From: a virus | Lineage: Duplodnaviria > Caudoviricetes | IMG/VR virus record: IMGVR_UViG_3300031992_000007 | Location: 128,001-192,000 of that record | Direction: 5' to 3' (one strand) | Length of the DNA stretch: 64,000 nt | Shown: positions 16,381 through 27,081 of the stretch, one piece after another | Numbering within the stretch: the first letter of the stretch is position 1 | Layout: every line of letters starts with the position of its first letter | Position numbers and translations under genes: made by a program | The notes under the pieces: model-generated | What the model was told of the DNA's origin: nothing | Databases searched by the model: none | Seen by the model: only the letters and a program-made list of their open reading frames with translations

Positions 16381-16956
16381 ATGGCAGATGAGACGAACTG
16401 CTCCAGCTGTGGTGCATTGCTGAGCGACTACAAAGTTGAACACGTGAATTATGATCAGTGTGGTAAATGTGAGTTCCAGTGGTCTAAAATAGCTAAGCCT
16501 ATAGAAGAGTTTAAGTTCGACGAATGTCCTAAGTGTGCAGCGAAGAGTCTGGAGTGTGGTCCGAATGACCAACGGATGTGCAAGACTTGTCGTTGGCTGT
16601 GGACAGTAGGACAGGAAGAGGCAGGCAAGTATGACACTACAGACGGTCAACCTGCTGAACCAGGTGGTGGGAACTGTGGTGGATGTGGTGGTTGCTGCAA
16701 TAAAGATGTAGTTCTAGAGAAGAAGGATCCCACTAAGACTTCATCTTGTCCAGGTGGCTGCTGTGGTAAAGGCGGTTGTTGTGGAGGTGGAGGAGGATGT
16801 TGTTGTGGCGGTGGATGTTGCGGAGGATGCTGTGGTGGTAAAGGTAAACAACAGCCTGTAGCTAAACCAGCATCTGAAGCATCGGCTGGAGGTGGTGGGC
16901 CCTTGTGGTTCGTCATCGATATTGCCAACACACTGACAGTTGCTGTTCCTCTGTAA
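16381..16956 (+). CDS. Cys-rich protein: tandem zinc ribbons plus GGCC metallothionein-like tract
   Basis: Four CxxC pairs in the N-half; GGCCGKGGCCGGGGGCCCGGGCCGGCC; SD AGGAGG. Confidence 0.75.
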   Translation: MADETNCSSCGALLSDYKVEHVNYDQCGKCEFQWSKIAKPIEEFKFDECPKCAAKSLECGPNDQRMCKTCRWLWTVGQEEAGKYDTTDGQPAEPGGGNCGGCGGCCNKDVVLEKKDPTKTSSCPGGCCGKGGCCGGGGGCCCGGGCCGGCCGGKGKQQPVAKPASEASAGGGGPLWFVIDIANTLTVAVPL

Positions 16957-17009
16957 GAAGTTAACTTGGAGGGATATTTTGTACATTCAATACACACAGG
17001 AGGTTCCAG

Positions 17010-17972
17010 ATGAAAATTACCATTGAACTCGATACGGAATCGTGCTGCATCCATGACGAAATAAGTGCTCTTCACGAGATCGGAAACTGTAGGAGACTTG
17101 CAAGGATGTTGCTGCAGAACGCACACAACATCGCGATGCATCTCGCCAAGGAATGCACCGAACTTGGAGAGAGCATACTGGATAATCCAATCGTCAAGAG
17201 TATCGGCGAGCAGATCGAAATTTTCGATAAGGTTGAGGAGGAACTGAAAGTCAGTGTCAAGACCAAACCGGCGAACGAATTGCCCAAACCTCCGAGGGAT
17301 GTTTTCACACCTGAACAGGAAGATGCCATAGCACGTGCTAGACAGATAGCTGAGAAGATGAAGAAGGAGGCTAATCAACACGCTGAGACTCCGACTCCAG
17401 AACCTAAGAAGGAACCAGTCATCCTCAAGAGACACGGTAAATACAGAGACAAGATCTGTTTAGACTGCAAGAAGGTGTTTACACCTAAGAGTGGTCGTCA
17501 GGATCGTTGTCCTGAATGTCGTGAGAAACACTTGGAGAAGTTGGTTTCTGAACAGCGTGCTCGACAGAAGACTCGTCGTCATGCGGCTAGTGTCGCTAAG
17601 AAGGAAGAGGAGAAGAAACCAGTTCCTCCCGAACCTGTCAATCCCACACCCCCTCCTTCGCAACCCAAGATTATCAGCTGTCGTAGGTGTCACAAGCCTT
17701 ACATACCTACGGTAGATGATAAGAACGGGTATTGTCCTAAGTGTGTTGCTAAACTTCAGAATAGCCCTAAGATTACACCCAAACCTGTAAGTGGATTCTT
17801 TACCGTTGCTGAGGTCATGGCAATGCCTGTTGTTGAACGGTACAAGTATGCTTATATGTGGACGTACAGAGAACGTCAGGAAGCTCTATCGATGAAGCCA
17901 CTTGGTGCAATGACACCTGAGGAACATGAGTTCTTTAATCGTTGTGCAACTGGTGATTTCGCGTCCGAATAA
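17010..17972 (+). CDS. Hypothetical protein with two CxxC-CxxC zinc fingers
   Basis: CLDC..CPEC and CRRC..CPKC; SD AGGAGG. Confidence 0.75.
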   Translation: MKITIELDTESCCIHDEISALHEIGNCRRLARMLLQNAHNIAMHLAKECTELGESILDNPIVKSIGEQIEIFDKVEEELKVSVKTKPANELPKPPRDVFTPEQEDAIARARQIAEKMKKEANQHAETPTPEPKKEPVILKRHGKYRDKICLDCKKVFTPKSGRQDRCPECREKHLEKLVSEQRARQKTRRHAASVAKKEEEKKPVPPEPVNPTPPPSQPKIISCRRCHKPYIPTVDDKNGYCPKCVAKLQNSPKITPKPVSGFFTVAEVMAMPVVERYKYAYMWTYRERQEALSMKPLGAMTPEEHEFFNRCATGDFASE

Positions 17973-18075
17973 CACGTTGGTAGGGGGTGGGTAACCACTC
18001 CCTACTACTATCTTTATTATGCATAATCCCATGTTATGATTTTCCATTTCTTAAGTCTAAAGAAGGAGATTCTGT

Positions 18076-19953
18076 ATGTTGAATCAGCAACTCATTCTTG
18101 GAAGTGTGTACAGAGTTAAGTTCAAGGGTGTATTCGAGAGACACGGTGTCTGCACAACCCCTGGACTTACTTGTCTGCACAAGGGGAATGGCGTGTTTAG
18201 ATTGGAAGCTATCACCACTTTCAGGACACTTGTTCTGAGTGGTGTTAAGCTGTATGACACGTTCTTCGCTCCCTTAGGCATAACTTCCGAAGAATACGAT
18301 CAGTACTACAGCGATAAACCGGCTGATAAGTACAGCCCTGTATACGCAGTTCAGGAAGTTAAAGAGAAGGACACTCAGACCGAGTGGGCGATGGCCAAGG
18401 ATAATCCTGGGCAGCTCATCCCGATCAAGAAGACTGTTACAGTTACGAACGAGAAGTTCGTGGAGACTGGAGAGAGTGTTCTTGCCAAGTATGCCAAGGA
18501 CAGTGTCAACTTCGCAGCTTACCCGATCTACAAGTTCGTGGATGTGGTTGACCCCAACGATATTGTCTATGCACCTGCTTTGACGATCGATGGGTTCCCG
18601 GAAATAGAGATCTCCGAGTATCAGGACCTGAGTCTCGTATTCAGGCTCGGTTACTTCGATGATCCTACCAAGCTGGATCCGATGCTTCTTGCTATTCGTG
18701 AGAGGATGGCAGCTTACGGAGTTAAACCTCGCTACATCAAGCTCTACTCAACTGGTTCCAAGTTCATGAACCCGGATGAGTACGAGAAGGTTAGGAACGT
18801 TCGTCTTCCTGCTGAAGTTATTCAGATCCCCGAGGATGCTCTTGCTTCCGACTATGTCGAGAAGCAGATCATTCAAACCAACAAGATCCTCATCATCAAG
18901 GATCCCGCTGAGGGTGAACAGCTGGCAGATGACGAAATTGACTTCAAGACTCTCAAAGCCAGAGAGATGATCCTCGATGGTCGTCTCTACAGAGTTGAAG
19001 TAGACGGTAATGACCTCTTCAATGGTTCTAGCACTTACTACGAACTGCTCAAGCGCGGTGATGGTGAAACCTTCGATACCTTCAGGGTTCTAAGCGACTG
19101 CCCGACTGGCGGACGAGTAATGAAGCTGGTTGAACGTATGTACATTCAACCGGATGCTAATGTTCATAGACCAGCTTATACGGTTACTAATGACGTTTAT
19201 GTGCAGATAGCTTTCAATGAGCCGAGGTCTCTGTCTCTGTACATGAAAGAGACTACCAAGACTGAACGTGAGGAAGTTAGTGTTGATACGATAACTGAGT
19301 ACCGTCACCCAACTCCTGCTGAACTCGATGATCCTAACCTTGTACTGTACCGCAAGCTTTCGCCTAGGTACGAGAAGGTAACGAATCCGGTAGTTGGACA
19401 GACGTATTTCGTGTCCGAGTCTCAGACATCTACTATTGGAACTGGTATTATCTACAGAGACAACTATGCTGATTCTAAGATCCTTGAACTCGTTGGAACT
19501 AACTTCGAGTACAAGACTCAGACAGCAGCAGTCCGTCATGTAACAACAATGACAGCTGCCGATATCATCAACTTCGCTCAGGGAGCTGAGGTAGAAGGTA
19601 TCGAACTGTATATCGCTGGGGATGATGCTACTAACCAAGCTAGGGCTGGTTTGTATGGTGGTAGATTGTTCCGTACAACCAAGTCAGTGACGGTTAATGA
19701 GAAGACTGAGACCATCCCTGTTGAAATAGTTGTTCCTGACGAGCCTGATCCTAAACTGGCTGGTATAACTGGGGACATTCTAGGACAACGTGGTATTGTC
19801 TCGAGGGATACGTATCTTCTGCTTACCGAAGAACTGGGTAGGAATTACTACATCAAGTATTTGAAGGAAGTGCAGGAGAATCGTGAACTCAGTGCTCGGA
19901 ACAAGAAGCTTGAACTAGCGATCAAGCAACTGGCTGAGAAACAGCAAGCTTAG
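18076..19953 (+). CDS. Virion structural protein (phiKZ gp127-like core with large insertion)
   Basis: YQDLSLVFRLGYFDDPTKLD..YGVKP and C-terminal coiled coil resemble a conserved phiKZ-family protein (from memory); late-type promoter upstream. Confidence 0.55.
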   Translation: MLNQQLILGSVYRVKFKGVFERHGVCTTPGLTCLHKGNGVFRLEAITTFRTLVLSGVKLYDTFFAPLGITSEEYDQYYSDKPADKYSPVYAVQEVKEKDTQTEWAMAKDNPGQLIPIKKTVTVTNEKFVETGESVLAKYAKDSVNFAAYPIYKFVDVVDPNDIVYAPALTIDGFPEIEISEYQDLSLVFRLGYFDDPTKLDPMLLAIRERMAAYGVKPRYIKLYSTGSKFMNPDEYEKVRNVRLPAEVIQIPEDALASDYVEKQIIQTNKILIIKDPAEGEQLADDEIDFKTLKAREMILDGRLYRVEVDGNDLFNGSSTYYELLKRGDGETFDTFRVLSDCPTGGRVMKLVERMYIQPDANVHRPAYTVTNDVYVQIAFNEPRSLSLYMKETTKTEREEVSVDTITEYRHPTPAELDDPNLVLYRKLSPRYEKVTNPVVGQTYFVSESQTSTIGTGIIYRDNYADSKILELVGTNFEYKTQTAAVRHVTTMTAADIINFAQGAEVEGIELYIAGDDATNQARAGLYGGRLFRTTKSVTVNEKTETIPVEIVVPDEPDPKLAGITGDILGQRGIVSRDTYLLLTEELGRNYYIKYLKEVQENRELSARNKKLELAIKQLAEKQQA

Positions 19954-19964
19954 GAGCAGAAGCA

Positions 19965-22900
19965 ATGAACACTTACAATTCACCAGGTCTTTTAACATCT
20001 GGTCGCACTGTACAGGAAGGTGGGCATGATGTAGTCTTCGATATCCTCGGCACTGAGGAATCGTTTAAGAAAACATATCTGCTTGACTTCTATGTCGGTG
20101 CCAACAATGATCAGGTTATAACTATTCCGTATCCTGCATACGCCATAGTTCCGAGTGCATCCGGAGATACCTCTCCTGCTCTTACGGTAGAGATCGTTTC
20201 TACTGTATCGAACGGGCAGCTCAACACAAGGGAGCTTACGTACAGGGCAACACCTGCAGAGTTCGAGAGTGCTGACGAAGGTTGGTGTGTAGAAGAGATC
20301 GACCAAGACGCCATGGCCAAAGCCCACTATCTGTGGAATAGACCTAAAGGCGTTGATGAGTGGTCCTTCAACGGAATTATCGTCAAGAAGATCCGTGTTA
20401 AGGAGAAGAGTGCAAGTTCTCAGGACAAGCTTACTCTCAAGGTCAGTTATCGTGCGTTCTACAAGGATGCTATCGATACTGATCAGTTTAGGTCTGAACA
20501 AGGTCCTGAATACTCCAGGGAGCTGGGCAAGTACATCCTTGACACACTGGAAGGTCTGAAGACAGCTACAGATGTTCAGCTGAAGAACATGTTCGGTAAC
20601 ACGAGTCATGTTGAAGACATCTTGGCTGAGGATCTTACTGGTGTTGCTAAAGAGAACTGGATAGAGAATGAACTGCATGTTGTTGATACAACAACTGGCA
20701 AGAGCATGCTTGCTCCCGCTCACGGTTCGTTCTATCCCGGAACTGATGCGGACAAGACGACTCTTAAACTGTTCCTGTATCACATCGAGCAGGGCAAGAT
20801 AGATTCGTCCGTTATCGCGTCGGGTTCGAAGCTCGGATGGCTGTTCATCTACACTCTGAACAACCTCACTGCGTTCTCGGTTGCAACCGATCCGAAGTTC
20901 TTGTCGCATGCCAAGTACTACCAGACCAACGTTGCTGGTGAGTACGTCCAGATAACTGACTATACGGCTGGTGATTCGATAGACGCCTACCGTCAGGCTA
21001 GTGGTAAGGAAGTCTATGTCCTCAAAAGGATACCTTTCGATCCCAAGCTTCAGTTGGATGGACTGATTAACGATTCGTCTGCGGTCATTACAACTACGCA
21101 GAGTGTGGTGCTTACTGAGGACAATATCGAGAAGTACGAGAATTATTCTGGTACCTTCGTGCTCCTTGACCCCTCTGACTCAAAGACCAGGAAACTCGTT
21201 CTTGGACAGGACTATGAGTTCGCAGATGTGAATCAGGCTAAGACTGAGAGGACTTATACTCGTCAGCCAGTCTACGATCACATCCGTCTACTTGAGCCTA
21301 TTGTCACAGATGCTTCCCACAGGATCGGCATAAGTTACCAGGCATTCGGTGGACAGGTCAATGCTACCGATGTTCGCAACATCCGCCAGGATCTCACGAA
21401 CTTGTTGGAGTTGGTTGCTAGCAGTAACCTTCTGACCTTCAAGGGTCTTACTAACCACCCGATCATCAAGCAGATAGCTCATCGTCTTTCGAGAATGGAG
21501 AACTACCACCACCACTTTAACAGGGTGGATCATGTTATTCCTATCCGGATGATGAACATCGTCAGTGATGGAACTGGTTCAGATGAACACACTATCTCCA
21601 CGATAGTGGACGAAACTGATTTCCACTGGTTCAACATCGCTCAGCTTTACGGCACTCGCTGGATGAACGGACCCAACTCTTGCAAAGACATCGGACATTT
21701 CCGTATCTCTTCTAGAGAGCAGGGTTGGACATACGAGTTCATCGTGACCGTCGATCTCTCTGCCAAGGGCACTAACCGTATGGTTATCAAGACCTTGGGT
21801 GGAACAGGAACACAGTTCCCTGGAGTCGACGACTTCGAAGCTCTTACCAAGAAGGAACTCGTTGGTCTTAGGTTAGTGTGGAATGGAGATGGTAAGTCCA
21901 CTGGAGCACTGCTTCAGGTTGGTATCAACTACTCCAGGTATAACTTCAACCCGACCAATGAAGAGACTGAGCTTATCGGAGATACTCGTGACACAGATAC
22001 GATCACTGTGACTAATAAGTCTGGTGATACGTCTAGCTGGGAGTTGTTCTACAACCCACAGGAGACAACGTACGAGGCTTCTGCCTATGTTGGTGTGTAC
22101 GGTCGTCCGAAATACACTCAGGTGGTTAACGAGAAGGCACACGCGAACATCGCGTACTACACTCCTATTGATGACTACAACTACTACGTCACTCCGTATG
22201 AGCTCATCAGAGATGGAGTTGACTACTTCGTCTACAACGAGACCCAGAAGAAGTACGAGCAGATAACAACCCTCGAAGTTGGAACCGAAGTGTCCAGCTA
22301 CGACTTCCCGATCTATGAACGCACCTTCTACAGAAGGCGTTGGATCCGCGATACTCATGCTGAAGGTGAGATGATCACCAAGCAGTCCAATGTGTACGTG
22401 GTTGACGGGATGTTGTCCTGCGATAGTGTCAAGTGCACTCTGCCTGACAAACAGACGGAGTGGGCTGAAGACCTCTCGGACTCGCTGTCTGTCACTCGTC
22501 TGCTTGAACGCGATGATGGCGGTACTGTAGTTTGGGTTGGATCTGTTCCCCTCTCGTACTTCTCTTTTGGGCCGAATGATTCTGTCGAAACGCTGACGCT
22601 GCATCTTAGTCTGTCTAAGATCTTCCAGAGGTATCTGGATCTGGATGGAGTAAGAGCTCTGGACTTCTTCTTCCATGACAGAAGACTCAACAGGTATTTC
22701 TCCACGAGGATTGCGGTGAATAGGGATGACCTTGATCCGTCAACTAGTGTGAGAGGTGAAGGTATCTTCTTCATCGAGGATCTCTGTGCACTGCAGACTC
22801 GTCTCGGTCACATGAGGAACAAGATGGATCCTGGTGAGATATTCGTTTCTGGAGTGACGTACTTCGTCAAGGACAAGAATGGTAACCTTGCTGGATACGA

Positions 22901-23201
22901 CATCGAAACTGAGGGAATGATCGGCAAACCAGTTCCTGAATATGAACTGACTGCTGATGAAACCTTCAAGGCTGGTAAAGAGTACTACATTCAGTCGGGT
23001 TATACCTTCGCTCGCCTTGAGATAGGAGTTGACTACGATATTGGTGACAGTATTGCGGAGTACTCAACCACGGTGTACGAGACAGCACGGGAATTCTATT
23101 CTGAGGATGCTCTGCTTGTTGCTGACATCGACATAGCCCTGGGAACATCAAGTTACATCAACCAGCGTTTCGACCTGCGTCAGGTACGGATGCACATGTA
23201 A
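19965..23201 (+). CDS. Virion baseplate/fibre-associated protein (phiKZ gp128-like)
   Basis: EDLTGVAKENWIENELH..APAHGSFY motif typical of phiKZ structural paralogs; several TxDxxF..G..YY repeats. Confidence 0.6.
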   Translation: MNTYNSPGLLTSGRTVQEGGHDVVFDILGTEESFKKTYLLDFYVGANNDQVITIPYPAYAIVPSASGDTSPALTVEIVSTVSNGQLNTRELTYRATPAEFESADEGWCVEEIDQDAMAKAHYLWNRPKGVDEWSFNGIIVKKIRVKEKSASSQDKLTLKVSYRAFYKDAIDTDQFRSEQGPEYSRELGKYILDTLEGLKTATDVQLKNMFGNTSHVEDILAEDLTGVAKENWIENELHVVDTTTGKSMLAPAHGSFYPGTDADKTTLKLFLYHIEQGKIDSSVIASGSKLGWLFIYTLNNLTAFSVATDPKFLSHAKYYQTNVAGEYVQITDYTAGDSIDAYRQASGKEVYVLKRIPFDPKLQLDGLINDSSAVITTTQSVVLTEDNIEKYENYSGTFVLLDPSDSKTRKLVLGQDYEFADVNQAKTERTYTRQPVYDHIRLLEPIVTDASHRIGISYQAFGGQVNATDVRNIRQDLTNLLELVASSNLLTFKGLTNHPIIKQIAHRLSRMENYHHHFNRVDHVIPIRMMNIVSDGTGSDEHTISTIVDETDFHWFNIAQLYGTRWMNGPNSCKDIGHFRISSREQGWTYEFIVTVDLSAKGTNRMVIKTLGGTGTQFPGVDDFEALTKKELVGLRLVWNGDGKSTGALLQVGINYSRYNFNPTNEETELIGDTRDTDTITVTNKSGDTSSWELFYNPQETTYEASAYVGVYGRPKYTQVVNEKAHANIAYYTPIDDYNYYVTPYELIRDGVDYFVYNETQKKYEQITTLEVGTEVSSYDFPIYERTFYRRRWIRDTHAEGEMITKQSNVYVVDGMLSCDSVKCTLPDKQTEWAEDLSDSLSVTRLLERDDGGTVVWVGSVPLSYFSFGPNDSVETLTLHLSLSKIFQRYLDLDGVRALDFFFHDRRLNRYFSTRIAVNRDDLDPSTSVRGEGIFFIEDLCALQTRLGHMRNKMDPGEIFVSGVTYFVKDKNGNLAGYDIETEGMIGKPVPEYELTADETFKAGKEYYIQSGYTFARLEIGVDYDIGDSIAEYSTTVYETAREFYSEDALLVADIDIALGTSSYINQRFDLRQVRMHM

Positions 23202-23211
23202 GGAGGAAACC

Positions 23212-23592
23212 ATGAACTACTATATCGTGTTCTTCTGCAACTGGCCATCCCGTTCTAACGCTATAGTCCGTAGTGTTGAATTGACTGTCGTTGATCCTAG
23301 TACCTACGTTAAACAGACCAACAACTATGTCTACGTAGACTTGACGGCTCACTTGAAGTCAACTGAGGAGAAGCCTTTCGGTACTACCATCGATGCTGTC
23401 ATGCGTGAGTTCACAAGGAAAATAGGTGGTCTGTCTATCAATGGAGTTCCGAGTACAGCTACTCAGATCTCCATGAGTACAGTCAGGATTGAAAGCTCGA
23501 CTCCTTCCAGTAGGCAACTTACCGACTGGAATGATGTTGTCAAGCCTGCACTTCTGCGTGTTGCTCACACGTCTTCGTTCGGTACACTCTGA
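23212..23592 (+). CDS. Hypothetical protein
   Basis: SD AAGGAGG; followed by bidirectional hairpin 23610-23639. Confidence 0.7.
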   Translation: MNYYIVFFCNWPSRSNAIVRSVELTVVDPSTYVKQTNNYVYVDLTAHLKSTEEKPFGTTIDAVMREFTRKIGGLSINGVPSTATQISMSTVRIESSTPSSRQLTDWNDVVKPALLRVAHTSSFGTL

Positions 23593-23651
23593 TCGAAAAA
23601 GAAACAACTACCTCTCGGCCCCTTACAGGGCCGAGAGGTGATTCCCACTTT

Positions 23652-24584
23652 TTATTTCTTAGAAGCGGAAGAAATAGCAGCACGAAGGACTCTATCGAGA
23701 CCACGAGCTGTTACGAACGCATTGCTCTTGAAGCGCATCACAAGCTGACGGATGAAACTCAGGTAAACCTTGTCCTCAGGATCAGCGTTCTTGAATAGCT
23801 TCTCCAGAGCACCGAAGGTTTTCCTGTACTCGATCTCGTCAGACAGAACATTGATGGCGTCATTCATGTCTGTCTCAAGAAGAGAGAACCTCCACCTTGC
23901 AGCACCAAGCGTTGTCAGAACAACGTCGTACTTCGGGTGTCCCTGTTCCTCTACCTTAAGACCAGGTCCGATGAACTGACCGAACTCGGCGCAGCAAGTT
24001 GCCATCTGAGGACGATTGGATTCTACCCACTTCTTAAGATCTTTGTTAGGGATCTTAAGGAAGAGGTCATTCATCGTGTTGCACGCCGCAACCATCTTGA
24101 GCCAGTAAGGCTTGTGGTAGACAGTAGCCTGGATGGATTCGAAGTCTGCGGGGTTACCGAACATAGAAGCATTTTGTTGGTATGCAGCCAGCTTAGCGCG
24201 GAGCTTAATCCGTGTGTTACGGTTGAGATCCCACCAGTCAAGGAACCATTCCTTGAAGGCTTCCCACATACGAGCGATGGCTTCTTTGATCTTCTGACCA
24301 AGACCTTCAATAGCCTCGTCTATTATCCTAAGCTGCTCCTCACGAAGAGCTTCGCAAGCACAGTTGTCCATCACAGGAGGAAGACCAGGCAGAAGACACT
24401 CCATACTCCCATCCATGTTGAGGAAGTCATAGAGCTTCTCAGTAAGGTTGCCTTCTATAATTGTCTTGCGAAGGGCAACCAGTCCTTCCCTCTGATGGTA
24501 AAGACGATCGAGCTCAAGTTCTATCTGATTAACACGAACGCTATTTGGCTGAGAGAACGGTCGTTTCTTGTTTATTCGAACCAT
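23652..24584 (-). CDS. Internal head protein, phiKZ inner-body paralog family
   Basis: AIE|GLGQKIKEAIARMWEAFKEWFLDWW: A-x-E prohead-protease site followed by the typical amphipathic helix. Confidence 0.6.
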   Translation of the reverse strand: MVRINKKRPFSQPNSVRVNQIELELDRLYHQREGLVALRKTIIEGNLTEKLYDFLNMDGSMECLLPGLPPVMDNCACEALREEQLRIIDEAIEGLGQKIKEAIARMWEAFKEWFLDWWDLNRNTRIKLRAKLAAYQQNASMFGNPADFESIQATVYHKPYWLKMVAACNTMNDLFLKIPNKDLKKWVESNRPQMATCCAEFGQFIGPGLKVEEQGHPKYDVVLTTLGAARWRFSLLETDMNDAINVLSDEIEYRKTFGALEKLFKNADPEDKVYLSFIRQLVMRFKSNAFVTARGLDRVLRAAISSASKK

Positions 24585-24593
24585 ATCTACTCC

Positions 24594-26411
24594 TTAGTTA
24601 TTTGGTACACGATGATAGGGTGTAAGAGCCATGATAGTACGGACGATGGACGAGTTGCCCATAACGTAACCACGATAGATCGGGGAGAACGTCGTGTTAC
24701 GAGCAACAAGCGCCGCCGCAGCAATCTGTCTCTTCAACTGTCCAAGACGGAAGTGTCGTTCCTTAAGACCGATAGCAGCAAGCGTTGCAAGGTATTCGTG
24801 AAGCTTGGTGTTATTGGAGAATGCCTGAGCAAATACTCCAGTACCACCCATGCTCAAGAACAGCATCGGACTAAGATCGTCGATCGAGATACTCACATCT
24901 GCAACAGTAGGGAGTTTACTAACTGCCCAACCATAATCACCAGAGCCACGGGTAATGGACAACGAGCTCACTATACCAGCAGGGATGGCGAACATACCCT
25001 TGCTGAACACTCTCACGATGAACGGAGAAGTGTAAGTGGAATCACCAACAGCTCTGGGTAGAGACATGGCAAGAAGCATCGCTATTGGAATCATGATAGA
25101 CTGATAGATCGACACAGGGTCGCCACCTGTCTTGGAACGAAGTTTCATGCTAAGATTGATGGACCTACTCATACCACCAGAACCACCCCACTGTTTAGGA
25201 AGGTCGAAGTAACCATTACCAGCAGCAAGATAGGTGATAGCAGACTCAAGTCCTCCACCGCTAGTGAAGTTCTTGATGGCTTTCTTAACACCAGAGATCT
25301 GTCTACCCCACTTCATCATCTTGGCAGTTATACCTTCGCCGTTAGCTTCGCCTGAAGCAGCATCGCGTTTAGCCTGGACTTCAGAGTTTAGCTTACCAGC
25401 AAGTGAGGAGTCCTGAGTGGAGTTACTGAAGGTTTCTCCAGACTCAGTCTTGTCAACTCTCCATCCGACGAAGTTGGCACCTTCAAGTGCACCTGTCGTG
25501 AGACCAGACCAGAACTTACCAAGCATGCCGACTTTCTCATTCGGATTGTCGACATAGTTGTTGACCTTCTGTAGCTGGGAGTCCGTATCGATAGGCTGAT
25601 TGGAACTTGTACCCAGACGAAGTGCACGCTTAGACATGATCCTGAAAATATCAGGGCCGTTCTTGATGATGTCAGGAACACTCTGACCACCACTACTTCC
25701 ACTACCAGAAGATCCGATACCCATATTGACAGCCAGGTGACACAGAATCGTGTTCACATACCTGTAATAGAGAGGCATGGTTTCACGGAAAGCGAAGTAC
25801 TCTGTAACGGGATAAGTCTTGATGTTGTTAACAACCTTGTAAGCCCAAATAGCAGGAAGCCAAGGAAGTTCGATAGCAAGTTTAAGACCACCTTTGATAA
25901 GGTCGCCCAACTTACTCCATACCGAGATCTTGCCCTCTTCATTGAGCTCAGCAAGTTCCTTCTTGGTTGCATTCTTGAGCCATGTAGTCAGGTTGCGGTA
26001 TTTTGGAATACCCATCGTGAAATATACAACTTGCTGGCGAGAGTCGTACATCTCACTGTATACACGCCCCATACCGAACATCTGTCCATTGTTGGTTGAG
26101 AATAGAGTGTGAATGAGATCGTCATTCTCGTTGAATGCAGCGAGAGGATTCATCACATCATTTCCACCAACACTAGCATCTGAGACGGAAGGTGCCTTGT
26201 AAGAGTAGGCCATGCTAGCAGGGTCGTTGATGTAGGTACCATATTCACCTTTATCCTCTTTGATCAAACTAGCGCCTTTACCATCTGCTATCTTGTTGAG
26301 CTGAGCAGTAAGAGCTTTCTCGTAGTTGGCATAATCACTGCCAACAACAATGCCTAGTGGATTGTGATTCCATGACGCATTGTCCTGAACTGCTGCAGAA
26401 TTGTTTGCCAT
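24594..26411 (-). CDS. Virion tail/baseplate protein (phiKZ gp182-like)
   Basis: YFAFRETMPLYY, LPKQW, YTSPF, SITRG motifs; lies downstream of the gp181-like gene. Confidence 0.65.
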   Translation of the reverse strand: MANNSAAVQDNASWNHNPLGIVVGSDYANYEKALTAQLNKIADGKGASLIKEDKGEYGTYINDPASMAYSYKAPSVSDASVGGNDVMNPLAAFNENDDLIHTLFSTNNGQMFGMGRVYSEMYDSRQQVVYFTMGIPKYRNLTTWLKNATKKELAELNEEGKISVWSKLGDLIKGGLKLAIELPWLPAIWAYKVVNNIKTYPVTEYFAFRETMPLYYRYVNTILCHLAVNMGIGSSGSGSSGGQSVPDIIKNGPDIFRIMSKRALRLGTSSNQPIDTDSQLQKVNNYVDNPNEKVGMLGKFWSGLTTGALEGANFVGWRVDKTESGETFSNSTQDSSLAGKLNSEVQAKRDAASGEANGEGITAKMMKWGRQISGVKKAIKNFTSGGGLESAITYLAAGNGYFDLPKQWGGSGGMSRSINLSMKLRSKTGGDPVSIYQSIMIPIAMLLAMSLPRAVGDSTYTSPFIVRVFSKGMFAIPAGIVSSLSITRGSGDYGWAVSKLPTVADVSISIDDLSPMLFLSMGGTGVFAQAFSNNTKLHEYLATLAAIGLKERHFRLGQLKRQIAAAALVARNTTFSPIYRGYVMGNSSIVRTIMALTPYHRVPNN

Positions 26412-26575
26412 GGTGAAATTCCTTAGTAAAAAATAAAAGTCTATAGGATAGAACTCCCCTGTAACTAAGGTTTAAAATAAAAAGAAAAGAAAGAATAATT
26501 TGTGTCAGTCGAACCTAGGTGGGTACAGAGACTCAACCTCTCTGGCCTCGCGGCCAGAGAGGAAGAATTTTCTTT

Positions 26576-27079
26576 TTATTCCCAGTGTCCGGGGATGTAC
26601 ACCTGTTGACCATTCTGCCAAAGATATTGACCAGGAATCCAGCGTTGCTGCTGAATGGTGGTCTGTACAGTAGCAGGAGTTTGCACTCCTGTTATCTGTA
26701 CTCCGTTGACATAGACCGACTGCGGTGGAACGTAGACGCTTCCGGTCGCAACAGGCGTTGTGACGACCGGTGCTACCACTGGCGTGATAACTGTGGTATT
26801 CTGGTAGACTGGGGTAGTGTATACCGGCGCTGGAGCCGCTATGGCACTACCAACAATTCCACCAACAACTCCGCCGGCGAAAGCCGGCAGAAAATTGCGA
26901 CCTCCACGACCCCAGTAGCTTCCGCTCCTGTGGTAGTTCGGGTGTACTTGCACGCCACGGAAATACCCAGCATGTCCTACCGGGTGTCTGGGACCCCAAC
27001 TGCTCCTCCCGTGATGAGGACGAGCCAGAACGACGGTCGACATTAAGGCAACGACCAGAGCCATGATGATCTTCTTCAT
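26576..27079 (-). CDS. Exported His/Gly/Arg-rich protein with YXWGXW-like C-terminus
   Basis: Signal peptide, GGVVGGIVG zipper, WIPGQYLWQNGQQVYIPGHWE. Confidence 0.75.
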   Translation of the reverse strand: MKKIIMALVVALMSTVVLARPHHGRSSWGPRHPVGHAGYFRGVQVHPNYHRSGSYWGRGGRNFLPAFAGGVVGGIVGSAIAAPAPVYTTPVYQNTTVITPVVAPVVTTPVATGSVYVPPQSVYVNGVQITGVQTPATVQTTIQQQRWIPGQYLWQNGQQVYIPGHWE

Positions 27080-27081
27080 GG

